Part shown: one piece after another, positions 15,955 to 24,242 of the stretch
Numbering within the stretch: position 1 is the stretch's first letter
Layout: every line of letters starts with the position of its first letter
Origin: Patescibacteria group bacterium
GTDB taxonomy: Bacteria > Patescibacteriota > Microgenomatia > JAMCZE01
Assembly: GCA_023380635.1 (NCBI GenBank)
Contig: JAMCRP010000002.1
Span: forward strand, 1-40,457
Reading direction: 5' to 3'
Length of the DNA: 40,457 bases
Notes under the pieces: model-generated
Databases searched by the model: none
What the model was told of the DNA's origin: nothing
Seen by the model: the letters and a program-made list of their open reading frames with translations, nothing else
Program-made: the position numbers and the translations under genes

Positions 15955-16995
15955 ATGACAAATGCTGAAAGAAAAATTAGAAACGCTATAAGTGTGGCTT
16001 TAGTTGCCGGCGGATCTTTAACCGGTTGTAGTCTTTTTCAGCCGCCACAGACGCCGGATTTGTCTGCTCAGCGACAGCAAGAGCAACAATTCGCTAATCA
16101 GTTGAACCAGATGCAAAATCAGATTAACACACTGACAGCACCGACGGGAACGCCTACAAGCACACCGACGCCCGATTGGCGAGGAACAATTGCGGCACTA
16201 AGCACTTTATCGTCACAAAACGAAGAATCTAAATGCCAAACGGTGCCTCTGTCAGCAACATCGCGGCCCAGACTTATGTCCACACCGGCGGTTCCGGGAG
16301 CGCCCTTAAGCGGCGGGCCAGTTTCGTGCGAGTGGGTTTTTAACGAAGCCGCACCGCGCCAAGTAGTTTTTGAAGGATTTCCGTCGCACGCTATTCAAGT
16401 GCTAACCACTGATACCGCGCAACAAAAGAATTTCTTTAAAGCGGCACCTTGGAATCTAAGCGCAGACCTTAATTTGGGTTTTGCCGAACCGGGGGGGCTA
16501 AGCAATCCGAGTAAAATTAAGACTGTTGACAGCACCCCTTACTTAATTCCAACAGAACTGCAGGGATGGACAAAATTGTTCCTCCAGGAAGGAACTCTGA
16601 CTTGGGTCGATAATGAAGTTGGGATAACCAGAAAAGTAGCCTTAACGGAAGAACAAAATCGGACGTTTGGTGTGTACATTCGGGAAAAATACGATACGAA
16701 TGGCAATACACCACCTACGATCGAGCTTGATTGTAATGTGGCTAAGCATGGTCAAGTCCAGCATGTTGACCGACCAAACAGCGCCTTCGTTTCCGAGGGG
16801 CAGCTGGGGCAGGAAAGCATGTCAGTCTTTACCGGAAAGAATTTTGACGGGTCGGACTACACGATTCCCAACGACAACACTGCCAGGGGCAAGTTTACGG
16901 TTGTGATTATCGACATGAACACGGGGGCTTACACCGTGGCGTCCCAAATGGGAATGGGACAACCCTTTATTTTGGAATCGCAGAACTGGAAGTAG
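15955..16995 (+). CDS. lipoprotein, function unknown
   Basis: Lipobox LTGC at residues 22-25, a Q-rich stretch and a PT-rich linker (APTGTPTSTPTP). The ATG abuts the upstream TAA. Confidence 0.8.
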   Translation: MTNAERKIRNAISVALVAGGSLTGCSLFQPPQTPDLSAQRQQEQQFANQLNQMQNQINTLTAPTGTPTSTPTPDWRGTIAALSTLSSQNEESKCQTVPLSATSRPRLMSTPAVPGAPLSGGPVSCEWVFNEAAPRQVVFEGFPSHAIQVLTTDTAQQKNFFKAAPWNLSADLNLGFAEPGGLSNPSKIKTVDSTPYLIPTELQGWTKLFLQEGTLTWVDNEVGITRKVALTEEQNRTFGVYIREKYDTNGNTPPTIELDCNVAKHGQVQHVDRPNSAFVSEGQLGQESMSVFTGKNFDGSDYTIPNDNTARGKFTVVIIDMNTGAYTVASQMGMGQPFILESQNWK

Positions 16996-17048
16996 ACCAT
17001 AAACATTAACAATGAAGTGGGCCGCTCTTGGGGCGGCCTGCTTGGTGT

Positions 17049-19694
17049 ATGAAGAAATATGCCTTAATTTTGGCGGCCATGAGCCTTGCTTTGGCTTGGT
17101 TGAATTTCACACCGGGAACAATGCTTTCCGGGTGGGATACGCTGCAGCCGGAACTGAATTTACCCCTCTATATAGGCCGGATTTTTTGGGGTGTCTGGCA
17201 GCAGCACCAGGGATTGGGGGCAGTAGCTTCTCAGGCGCATGCCGTCGAACTGGCCAGACTCTGGTATTTGCTGCCGGCCACGATAATTCTGCCGGAAAAT
17301 CTGGTGCGCTGGGGCTTTTTTGGTTTGATGCTGGTTTTGGGGCCGCTAGGGACATACTTTTTTTTAAATAAAATAGTCCGCAAAGAAGCGGCTTTTGCCG
17401 GCGGGCTATTCTATCTTTTAAACCTGGGAACCATGCAGCATTTCTATCTGCCGCTGGAAATGTTTGCCACCGGTTTTGCTTTTTTGCCTTGGCTTTTTTG
17501 GGCAGCCCTGAATTACCTAGAAAGGGGCAGGAGCCGGGATTTATTAATTCTTATCTTAATATTTCTTCTTTCCGCTCCGATGGCTCATACGCCGACTCTT
17601 TGGTTTGTGAATTTCGGGGCTTTGGTATTATTTGCCGTCGTCTTGGCTGTGGCTAAAGTCACGCCGTGGCGTAAGGTCGGCCAAATATTTATAATCGGTT
17701 TAGTCGCCAACGCGTTTTGGCTGTTGCCCAGCCTGTATTTCATTTTTAACCACGCCGGGGATGTGGCTGTTTCGCATATCAGTCAACAATTTACTCCCCG
17801 GGCGGTAGCCACCAATCGGGAATTTGCCGATTTCGCCGATGTGGCGTTAATTAGGGGATATCTTTTCGATTGGGGACATTTTGATTTCGTTTCCCGACAG
17901 TTTGTCGATTTGTTTCCGGTTTGGAAGGCTCACCTTTCTCAATGGTTTGTATCCGCTATCGGTTATGGAGCTTTTGTGATGGCGATAGCCGGGGTAATCA
18001 TAACAATCTGGCGCCGGGAAAAAAAAGCCCTGGCTTTTTTACCGGTTTTGGTTTTGGCATTAGGAGGTTTAATCTTCGGTCCCTCTCTTAATTTGGGTTC
18101 AATTTTTGATGAAGCCCTTCGGTTTCCTTTCACCAAATTTTCTCTGCTCTTAATGCTGGCCCTGGCTTTCTATTTTGGACTGGCTATTGAATTTTTATTA
18201 AAAAGGGCGGGACAGCGGCAGGTCATAATTTTAATTACTGTCTTATTGATGATCTATCTATGGCCGGCTTTTAACGGCAATTTGATTTGCGGTTGCGAGC
18301 GAGTGCAAATCCCGGCTGAGTACCAGCAGGTTTTTAACTATTTTGCCTCCCGGGACCCAAGTGGCCGGATTGCCCCGTTTCCGGTCGATACCATGTACGG
18401 CTGGGGTTATTATTCCTGGGGTTATGAAGGAGCAGGTTTTCGTTGGTTTGGTCTGCCACAAGCCTTGCTTGACCGGGAGTTTGACCGGTGGATGAGCCCG
18501 AACGAGAACTATTACTGGGAAATTTCCCAGGCAGTCTACAGTAAAAATCTGCCCTTATTTGAATCTGTTCTAAATAAATACCGGATTAACTGGCTGCTGG
18601 TTGATGGAAATATTATTAACCCTTCTTCACCAAAAGCTCTCTATACCGATGAACTGGAACAGATGATGGCAAAATCGGGAATAATCAGCAAGGTGAGAGA
18701 GTTTGGAAAAATTTCGGTGTACCAAGTCCAGTTAAAAACGCCGACGAAGAGTTTTATCTCCCTGGCACAAAATTTACCCAATATCGAACCCGCGTACAAG
18801 TGGGGAAACCTGGACCAGGCATATTTTGATAATGGAGATTACATGACGATAGATGATAGAAAATCGAAGATGGTGGTGGAAGATGGAGGATCGAAAGCAG
18901 AAAGCCTTGTCTATCCATATAGAACTCTCTTTTCCGGCAAAAGTCAGGCGGATCTGGAATTTGATCCCGCAAAAATACCCCTCGGAGAATTAATAAAGCC
19001 TGAGGACTATCATAATCTCTCACACCGGGACGGGTATCTCATTAAAATCACTGCTAAAAATCTTTCCGGCATGCCGTTTCTGTTCTGGGTGGAAGATCTT
19101 AACAGCCGGAGAGCAGATCTGGAAACCTACCTGCCTGCCGGCAGGCAGGTCTACCAGTCGTATTTCGTTTTGCCGCCGATGGAATTTGACGGATTGGGCT
19201 ACACCTTTCACTTGGATAACCAAACTTTTGGGGGCGAGACGGCACAAAACGAGCTGGAAGGAATGGAAGTATACAGAATAAACTATTGGGATCTGGTGCA
19301 GGAGCGTCAAGAAAAGGATCTTAACGCTAAACGCTATACGCTAAACACTTCGTCATTTGCAGTGGAGCATCCGAATCCTGCATGGTACCGGATCGACCTT
19401 CCGGTCTCCAGTAACTGGCAACCAGAAACTATTATTCTGGCGCAGAGTTTTGAACCGGGGTGGATTGGGTTTTCCGTGGGGAATATGGGGGAATTGGGTG
19501 GGTTGGGGAAACATATTCTGGTTAACAACTGGGCGAATGGATGGCAGCTTTCCGGTAATGAACGGATCATCTACCTCTTTTTCTGGCCGCAGGCACTCGA
19601 ATTTGTTGGGCTGGGTGTACTGGGGGTGTTTTTAGCGGGGATAGTGTTTAGCGGGTTAAGAACTGGTAGCCGCCGACCAGCAGCCCACCAGTAA
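17049..19694 (+). CDS. large polytopic membrane protein, GT-C-like (AftD/DUF3367- or YfhO-like)
   Basis: It has more than 10 predicted TM helices in the first ~430 aa and a large soluble C-terminal half. The N-terminal SGWDTLQPELNLPLYIGRIFWGVWQQHQGLG resembles the first periplasmic loop of GT-C arabinofuranosyl/mannosyl transferases. ATG 17049 is preferred over TTG 17028. Confidence 0.8.
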   Translation: MKKYALILAAMSLALAWLNFTPGTMLSGWDTLQPELNLPLYIGRIFWGVWQQHQGLGAVASQAHAVELARLWYLLPATIILPENLVRWGFFGLMLVLGPLGTYFFLNKIVRKEAAFAGGLFYLLNLGTMQHFYLPLEMFATGFAFLPWLFWAALNYLERGRSRDLLILILIFLLSAPMAHTPTLWFVNFGALVLFAVVLAVAKVTPWRKVGQIFIIGLVANAFWLLPSLYFIFNHAGDVAVSHISQQFTPRAVATNREFADFADVALIRGYLFDWGHFDFVSRQFVDLFPVWKAHLSQWFVSAIGYGAFVMAIAGVIITIWRREKKALAFLPVLVLALGGLIFGPSLNLGSIFDEALRFPFTKFSLLLMLALAFYFGLAIEFLLKRAGQRQVIILITVLLMIYLWPAFNGNLICGCERVQIPAEYQQVFNYFASRDPSGRIAPFPVDTMYGWGYYSWGYEGAGFRWFGLPQALLDREFDRWMSPNENYYWEISQAVYSKNLPLFESVLNKYRINWLLVDGNIINPSSPKALYTDELEQMMAKSGIISKVREFGKISVYQVQLKTPTKSFISLAQNLPNIEPAYKWGNLDQAYFDNGDYMTIDDRKSKMVVEDGGSKAESLVYPYRTLFSGKSQADLEFDPAKIPLGELIKPEDYHNLSHRDGYLIKITAKNLSGMPFLFWVEDLNSRRADLETYLPAGRQVYQSYFVLPPMEFDGLGYTFHLDNQTFGGETAQNELEGMEVYRINYWDLVQERQEKDLNAKRYTLNTSSFAVEHPNPAWYRIDLPVSSNWQPETIILAQSFEPGWIGFSVGNMGELGGLGKHILVNNWANGWQLSGNERIIYLFFWPQALEFVGLGVLGVFLAGIVFSGLRTGSRRPAAHQ

Positions 19695-19863
19695 TTAAGA
19701 CTGAGCCGCCCCAAAATAAAAGGTTTTTGGTATTGCCTTCCGGCATAGCCAAGGCTATGCCCACAGCGACTAAACCGGATACAATAGCCACGGGGGATAC
19801 TTCCGTCAGCCGCTTGGGGCGGGAAAGAGTTTCCCGGGGCAGGTGCCATTGTTCCATAGACAT
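19648..19863 (-). CDS. 71-aa two-TM membrane protein, leaderless
   Basis: VSPVAIVSGLVAVGIALAM and LLFWGGSVLITGGLLVGGY helices. A consensus promoter lies directly upstream. Its 3' end overlaps the GT-C gene by 47 nt. Confidence 0.55.
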   Translation of the reverse strand: MSMEQWHLPRETLSRPKRLTEVSPVAIVSGLVAVGIALAMPEGNTKNLLFWGGSVLITGGLLVGGYQFLTR

Positions 19864-19869
19864 CCTATT

Positions 19870-19897
19870 ATTATAGGCCTTTTGACCGTCGTGTCAA
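19870..19897 (-). promoter_or_regulatory. consensus sigma70 promoter TTGACA-N16-TATAAT (minus strand)
   Basis: On the minus strand, TTGACA is at 19897-19892 and TATAAT at 19875-19870. Six nt follow before ATG 19863. Confidence 0.6.
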
Positions 19898-19906
19898 ATT
19901 GCCGGC

Positions 19907-19935
19907 TTGACAATATAGATCATTAGCCTGATAAT
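19907..19935 (+). promoter_or_regulatory. sigma70 promoter TTGACA-N17-GATAAT for rho
   Basis: TTGACA 19907-19912 and GATAAT 19930-19935. It lies back-to-back with the minus-strand promoter. Confidence 0.55.
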
Positions 19936-19987
19936 GGGGAACATAAGCTCAGACTTGTGAGCTTGGGGTGCCCCAGAACGATTTTCT

Positions 19988-20090
19988 TCAATTTGAAATT
20001 CGAAATTTGAAATTTGAATTGAATGTTTCAATTTTTCAAATTTAAATTTTCAAATTGATTTAAAATTAAAAATTTTAAATTTCAAATTTG
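19988..20090. repeat. A/T-only hairpin repeat block in the rho leader
   Basis: TTCAATTTGAAATTCGAAATTTGAAATTTGAATTGAA-TGT-TTCAATTTTTCAAATTTAAATTTTCAAATTGA... The arms are near-complementary (about 30 bp). Confidence 0.7.
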
Positions 20091-20095
20091 CGCTT

Positions 20096-21430
20096 GTGCC
20101 CCTGCGAAACAACAATTTCCGTCAGAATAATTTTAGTTCTGCCCGTAAGCCCGCCTTTAGAAGTCTGGGCTATAATTCTATGAATGTGAGTGATTTAGTG
20201 GGTAGCCCCCTCGATTCCACTCGGGGCAATATGCCGGCTCCGGTGCAAAGCGCTGCTCCGACGACTGACAACTCCTTGCCCCCAATGGGTGCGGGCCCGC
20301 GGGATCTAAACGACGCCAATATTCCGACGATGGAATTAAAGGGTGTCCTGGATATTACGCCTGAAGGCCACGGCTACCTGCGGCCGAAGTTTATTCCCTC
20401 AGAACGCGATGTTTACATTTCTGCTTCCCAGATTCGTCGGTTTGCCCTGCGGCCCGGTGATTGGGTGGAAGGCATCGGCCGGCCGCCCAAGGAAACGGAG
20501 CGCTACTACGGCCTGCTTCGCGTGGACAAAGTGAACGGGGAAGAGGCGGAAAAGATGATGAACCGGCCCTGGTTTGATGATCTGACGCCCATTTACCCGG
20601 ATTTACAATTAAAACTGGAAACCGGATCGGAACCCCTAAGTACCAGGATCATCGATTTGGTCGCGCCGATTGGCCGGGGACAAAGAGGACTCGTCGTTTC
20701 GCCGCCAAAAGCAGGTAAAACCTGGCTTCTTAAAGAAATTGCCAACGGCATTACGACTAATTTTCCGGACTATCATTTGATGGTAGCGCTAGTTGGCGAG
20801 CGGCCGGAAGAAGTCACCGACATTGCCCGAGGCACAAAAGGAGAGGTTATCGCTTCTAATTTTGATCAAACACCCAGAGAACAAGTAAGGGTGGCCGAAA
20901 TAACCCTGGACCGGGCGCGCCGACTCGTGGAAATGGGTAAAAATGTGGTTATTCTTTTAGATTCCATCACGCGGCTGGCCCGCGCTTACAACCTGGCAAT
21001 TCCGTCATCGGGACGGACCTTGTCCGGCGGTTTTGACCCGGCGGCCCTTTTCCCGCCCAAACAATTCCTGGGAGCGGCCCGCTGTGTCGAAGATGGCGGC
21101 TCCCTGACCATAATCGGCACCGCTTTAATTGACACCGACTCCCGGATGGACGATCTGATCTATGAAGAATTCAAAGGGACGGGCAACATGGAGTTGCATT
21201 TGGATCGGAAATTAGCGGAAAAGCGGGTTTTTCCGGCCATTGATGTGGCCCGGTCCGGAACCCGTAATTTTGAGCGTCTGGTGACACCGGAAAGATTAAA
21301 GCAACTGGACACTTTAATTAAAATGCTTCATCTTCTTAATGACGACGAGCGGACGCCCATGCTCATCGATAAACTTTCCCATACGAAGGACAATGAGGAA
21401 TTCCTCGAGTCCCTAAAGCAGGGAGGCTAG
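20096..21430 (+). CDS. rho: transcription termination factor Rho
   Basis: CSD-like RNA-binding part [15 protein letters not shown]...[20 protein letters not shown], Walker A PPKAGKT, plus ERPEEV and [38 protein letters not shown] start; the N-terminal ~80 aa are low complexity. Confidence 0.9.
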   Translation: MPLRNNNFRQNNFSSARKPAFRSLGYNSMNVSDLVGSPLDSTRGNMPAPVQSAAPTTDNSLPPMGAGPRDLNDANIPTMELKGVLDITPEGHGYLRPKFIPSERDVYISASQIRRFALRPGDWVEGIGRPPKETERYYGLLRVDKVNGEEAEKMMNRPWFDDLTPIYPDLQLKLETGSEPLSTRIIDLVAPIGRGQRGLVVSPPKAGKTWLLKEIANGITTNFPDYHLMVALVGERPEEVTDIARGTKGEVIASNFDQTPREQVRVAEITLDRARRLVEMGKNVVILLDSITRLARAYNLAIPSSGRTLSGGFDPAALFPPKQFLGAARCVEDGGSLTIIGTALIDTDSRMDDLIYEEFKGTGNMELHLDRKLAEKRVFPAIDVARSGTRNFERLVTPERLKQLDTLIKMLHLLNDDERTPMLIDKLSHTKDNEEFLESLKQGG

Positions 21431-21433
21431 CTC

Positions 21434-21462
21434 CAAATTTCAAATTGTAAATTTCAAATTAA
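21434..21462. repeat. A/T repeat copy just after the rho stop
   Basis: CAAATTTCAAATTGTAAATTTCAAATTAA contains the TCAAATTGTAAATTT core. Confidence 0.6.
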
Positions 21463-21482
21463 TCTGCTATTCTCTTTCCCGC

Positions 21483-22598
21483 ATGGTCTTTAGGGAACTT
21501 GGCTGCGACCTGACGGAGTATTGTCACTCTGTCAGCTGGTACCTGAACCGCAAAGCAACTTACGCGGGAGTGGTTTTTGAAACCGGGAAAAGTCTGGTTG
21601 TCACCGTGCTTAAAGCCCGGCGGGGCACTTACCAAAAACCATTTCTCCACGCGGGAATGGTGATTATTACCGCAACCGCCGTCATTTCTGCGCCTTTAAT
21701 TGTTAACGAATATCCGACAGCCGCGGCCGGCCGGGTGCTTTCCGCGGCGACTTCGCCCTCGGCAGTTCTTAATACCGCAGCTGATATTACCAATGTCGAT
21801 ACTGTCACTCAGGAATCGGAAAAACCCCGGCGGGATGTGGTGGAATACACGGTCCAGTCCGGCGACACCCTGTCCACTGTGGCCAAAAAATTCAGTAACG
21901 ACAAACTGGGGATTACGGTCGATGTCGCCTCTATTTTAACTTTGAATAATATGATGGAAAGTAAAGTCTTAAAGCCGGGTGATGTGATTAAGATTCCGCC
22001 GGTTTCCGGGGTGATTGTCACGGTCAAGAAAGGGGATACGATCCAGTCGCTGGCCAAAAAGTATGGTTTGCCCAGCCCGCAGCCGATTGTTGACTGGCCT
22101 TATAATTCTTTTGCCAACGACGAAACTTTTGCTTTGACCGCCGGCCAAACGCTGGTGATTCCGGGCGGAGTGGCGCCGGAAGTGGCGGCCCCGGTAGCGC
22201 CGAGAATTATTAATGCGCCGTCGCTGTTCTCCGGCGGCACCGGCCAGTTTGTCTGGCCGACCAACGGGATTATTACCCAATATTTCTCCTGGTATCATCC
22301 GGCGGACGACATTGCCAACAATATCGGGACACCCATTCTGGCGGCCGATTCCGGGCGGGTAGTGACCGTGCTTTACCAAAACCATGATTACGGTTTCCAT
22401 GTGATTATTGATCACGGCAACGGCTACCGGACCCTTTACGGCCATATGTCCCGCATTGATGTAACGGTTGGTCAAAATGTTTCCCGGGGACAACAGATTG
22501 GGCTGATGGGCTCAACGGGCCGGTCCACCGGACCGCATCTCCACTTCGAGATCTATCAGGGTGGGACAAGAGTAAACCCACTGGGGCTTCTGAAGTAA
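21483..22598 (+). CDS. LysM-domain M23 family metallopeptidase
   Basis: Two LysM motifs (YTVQSGDTLSTVAKKF, VKKGDTIQSLAKKYGL) and the M23 core HVIIDHGNGYRTLYGHMS...GLMGSTGRSTGPHLHFEI. Confidence 0.9.
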   Translation: MVFRELGCDLTEYCHSVSWYLNRKATYAGVVFETGKSLVVTVLKARRGTYQKPFLHAGMVIITATAVISAPLIVNEYPTAAAGRVLSAATSPSAVLNTAADITNVDTVTQESEKPRRDVVEYTVQSGDTLSTVAKKFSNDKLGITVDVASILTLNNMMESKVLKPGDVIKIPPVSGVIVTVKKGDTIQSLAKKYGLPSPQPIVDWPYNSFANDETFALTAGQTLVIPGGVAPEVAAPVAPRIINAPSLFSGGTGQFVWPTNGIITQYFSWYHPADDIANNIGTPILAADSGRVVTVLYQNHDYGFHVIIDHGNGYRTLYGHMSRIDVTVGQNVSRGQQIGLMGSTGRSTGPHLHFEIYQGGTRVNPLGLLK

Positions 22599-22624
22599 GT
22601 TACAATAGTTACATTAGTTACGAT
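22598..22624 (+). repeat. tandem 9-nt array AGTTACAAT-AGTTACATT-AGTTACGAT
   Basis: Three exact-period 9-mers start at the last base of the M23 stop codon. Confidence 0.75.
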
Positions 22625-22640
22625 AGGTAAGAAAGAATAA

Positions 22641-23012
22641 GTGGACAAGATCCAGAGAAATGCCCGACTCTTGGAACGTCTCATTAAGTTTTCTCAAAAG
22701 GTTATCTCCTTGTGCAGAAAGTTGCCTCGAACATCGGTTAATCAACGTTTGGTACCTCAAGTAGCGGCTAGTTCTGATTCCATGCCAGCCAACTACGCCG
22801 AGGCCTGTGCAGCGGAAAGTAACGCCGACTTTGTTCATAAAATCAGGATCGTTATGAAAGAAGCCAACGAAACCCGAGTTCATTTGCGACTGTTATATGT
22901 GGCCAATCCTGACTTCCAGAGGGAAATCGTCGAGCTCGGGAAAGAATCAACGGAGTACATTAAGATCTTCTTTACAATCGAGAAAAAGTGCCGCCAGAAA
23001 AAGCCCTCTTAA
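22641..23012 (+). CDS. four-helix-bundle protein (23S rRNA IVS protein / Avd-like family)
   Basis: QVAASSDSMPANYAEACAAESNADFVHKIRIVMKEANETRVHLRLL fits the family pattern (R/A)S..SI.aNiaEg....s..DF...l.ia.gS..E. GTG start. Confidence 0.8.
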   Translation: MDKIQRNARLLERLIKFSQKVISLCRKLPRTSVNQRLVPQVAASSDSMPANYAEACAAESNADFVHKIRIVMKEANETRVHLRLLYVANPDFQREIVELGKESTEYIKIFFTIEKKCRQKKPS

Positions 23013-23025
23013 TTTTCTGAATCCC

Positions 23026-23052
23026 TAATGAACTGTTGTTACTATCGTAACT
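23026..23052 (-). repeat. inverted copy of the 9-nt array (minus strand AGTTACGAT-AGTAACAAC-AGTTCATTA)
   Basis: Plus-strand ATCGTAACT (23044-23052) is the exact reverse complement of AGTTACGAT at 22616-22624. Confidence 0.7.
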
Positions 23053-23061
23053 TACTCCTAG

Positions 23062-23132
23062 TGGACCCGCGGGGAATTGAACCCCGAACTCGTCAATGCG
23101 AATGACGCGGTATACCGTTTACCTACGGGCCC
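23062..23132 (-). tRNA. tRNA-Ala (CGC)
   Basis: Reverse complement: acceptor GGGCCCG/CGGGTCC with G3:U70, D-arm GGTA-AACGGTA-TACC, anticodon loop TTCGCAT, T-arm CGGGG-TTCAATT-CCCCG. Confidence 0.85.
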
Positions 23133-23167
23133 GAGGAATACATTATATCAAGTTATCGCCGAATCCG

Positions 23168-23203
23168 TTGTAACTATTGTAACTATTGTTACTGTTGTTA
23201 CTG
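23168..23203 (-). repeat. third 9-nt array, four units (plus strand TTGTAACTA x2, TTGTTACTG x2)
   Basis: The minus strand reads AGTAACAAC-AGTAACAAT-AGTTACAAT-AGTTACAA, the same family as 22598-22624. Confidence 0.75.
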
Positions 23204-23256
23204 TTCTTTTACTTCTTCCTTGTTGGTTTCTGGTTTGAAATAATTACACTCTCTCT

Positions 23257-23745
23257 ATGCCAGCCACTCCTGTTTATGGCCGCCGGGTTCTGACCCCGCA
23301 AACGATTTTTACCTATCTGGTTTTGGCGGTAGTGGCTTACGCCCTGGCGGTCTATATTTTTGCTAAAAATTCCGGGCGGCTGGCTTTACCGGGAGTAGGT
23401 CTTTCCCTTTCACAACCAGTCACAATATCTCTTAATGCACAAAATAATTCCGGGGAAACCGGAACGGCAACTTTGATGCCTGTCAACGACGGCACCCAAA
23501 CCCAGGTAACCATTAATTTGCAAAATGCCCCAAGCACTCCTCAGCCGGCTCACATTCATATCGGTGTCTGTCCCAATCCGGGAGCAGTGAAGTACCCGCT
23601 TAGCGATGTCGTTTCCGGACAATCGACCACGGTGATTAACGCGACGCTGGAAGATTTTAAAAATATGGAACCGCTGGCAATTAATGTCCACCAGTCGCCA
23701 AACGATATTCAGACTTATGTCGCCTGCGGAGATATCAAGTTTTAA
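23257..23745 (+). CDS. membrane-anchored CHRD-like domain protein
   Basis: N-terminal TM helix (IFTYLVLAVVAYALAVYIF). PAHIHIGVCPNPGAVKYPL and AINVHQSPND resemble the CHRD aHIH.G motif. The functional call is tentative. Confidence 0.7.
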   Translation: MPATPVYGRRVLTPQTIFTYLVLAVVAYALAVYIFAKNSGRLALPGVGLSLSQPVTISLNAQNNSGETGTATLMPVNDGTQTQVTINLQNAPSTPQPAHIHIGVCPNPGAVKYPLSDVVSGQSTTVINATLEDFKNMEPLAINVHQSPNDIQTYVACGDIKF

Positions 23746-24242
23746 CTAAATTTTGTTTTCTTCAGAAAGAATTTTGGCGGCTTAACAGCCGCCGCCTGTT
23801 GGCTCTTTCTTTGCTGGTGCGAAAGAAAGGGCCGCAAAGAAAGCACCCCCGAAAGAGCTTCGGACAAAACCACGCTTCAATTTCTCGGAAAAATTTTTCC
23901 GTTCAGGTACGGATGAGTGCCTCTCACTCCAAAATTTTTCCTCAATTTCCCCGGGTTTTGTCTCCTCGCTCTTTAAGGGGCCCCCATGGCGAAGTGAGTG
24001 TGCAAAATTCTCTGAGTTTTGCCGAGGAGACGGCCTGATGCTTGCGAATGCAAACAGACATGGCCGAGGTGATCCTCAAAAAACGAAGAGCTAATTTTGC
24101 CGCAAACGCAGACCGGGGTGCCCTTCTTTTATGTCCAATTTTCTTGGGCAAGCAAGAAAATGGACCCCCGGTTCCCGGAGGGAACGAATTTTAATTAAAG
24201 AAATAATTTAGAGAATTTGGTAAAATAAAAAGAGAAATTTTT

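Noticed and set aside
17012-17371. 119-aa ORF and other overlapping alternative-frame ORFs inside long genes (for example 11097-11591, 15459-15848, 21969-22493, 25487-26515, 30428-30844).
   Set aside because: They overlap conserved, motif-bearing genes in another frame or strand and have repetitive Pro/Arg/Ser-rich translations.
22641-23012. Avd-like four-helix-bundle gene as a marker of a diversity-generating retroelement.
   Set aside because: No reverse transcriptase ORF and no obvious template/variable repeat pair lie within the window, so the DGR hypothesis is not supportable here. It is worth re-checking on the full contig.
23746-24242. RNase P RNA, tmRNA or SRP RNA in the structured gap.
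   Set aside because: No GAGGAAAGUCCGG / ACAGAA..CCGGCUUA (RNase P) motif was found by eye. There is also no GGGG...UCCACCA acceptor pairing or tag ORF (tmRNA), and no GGAAGCAG SRP motif. The region is left as unassigned rather than named.
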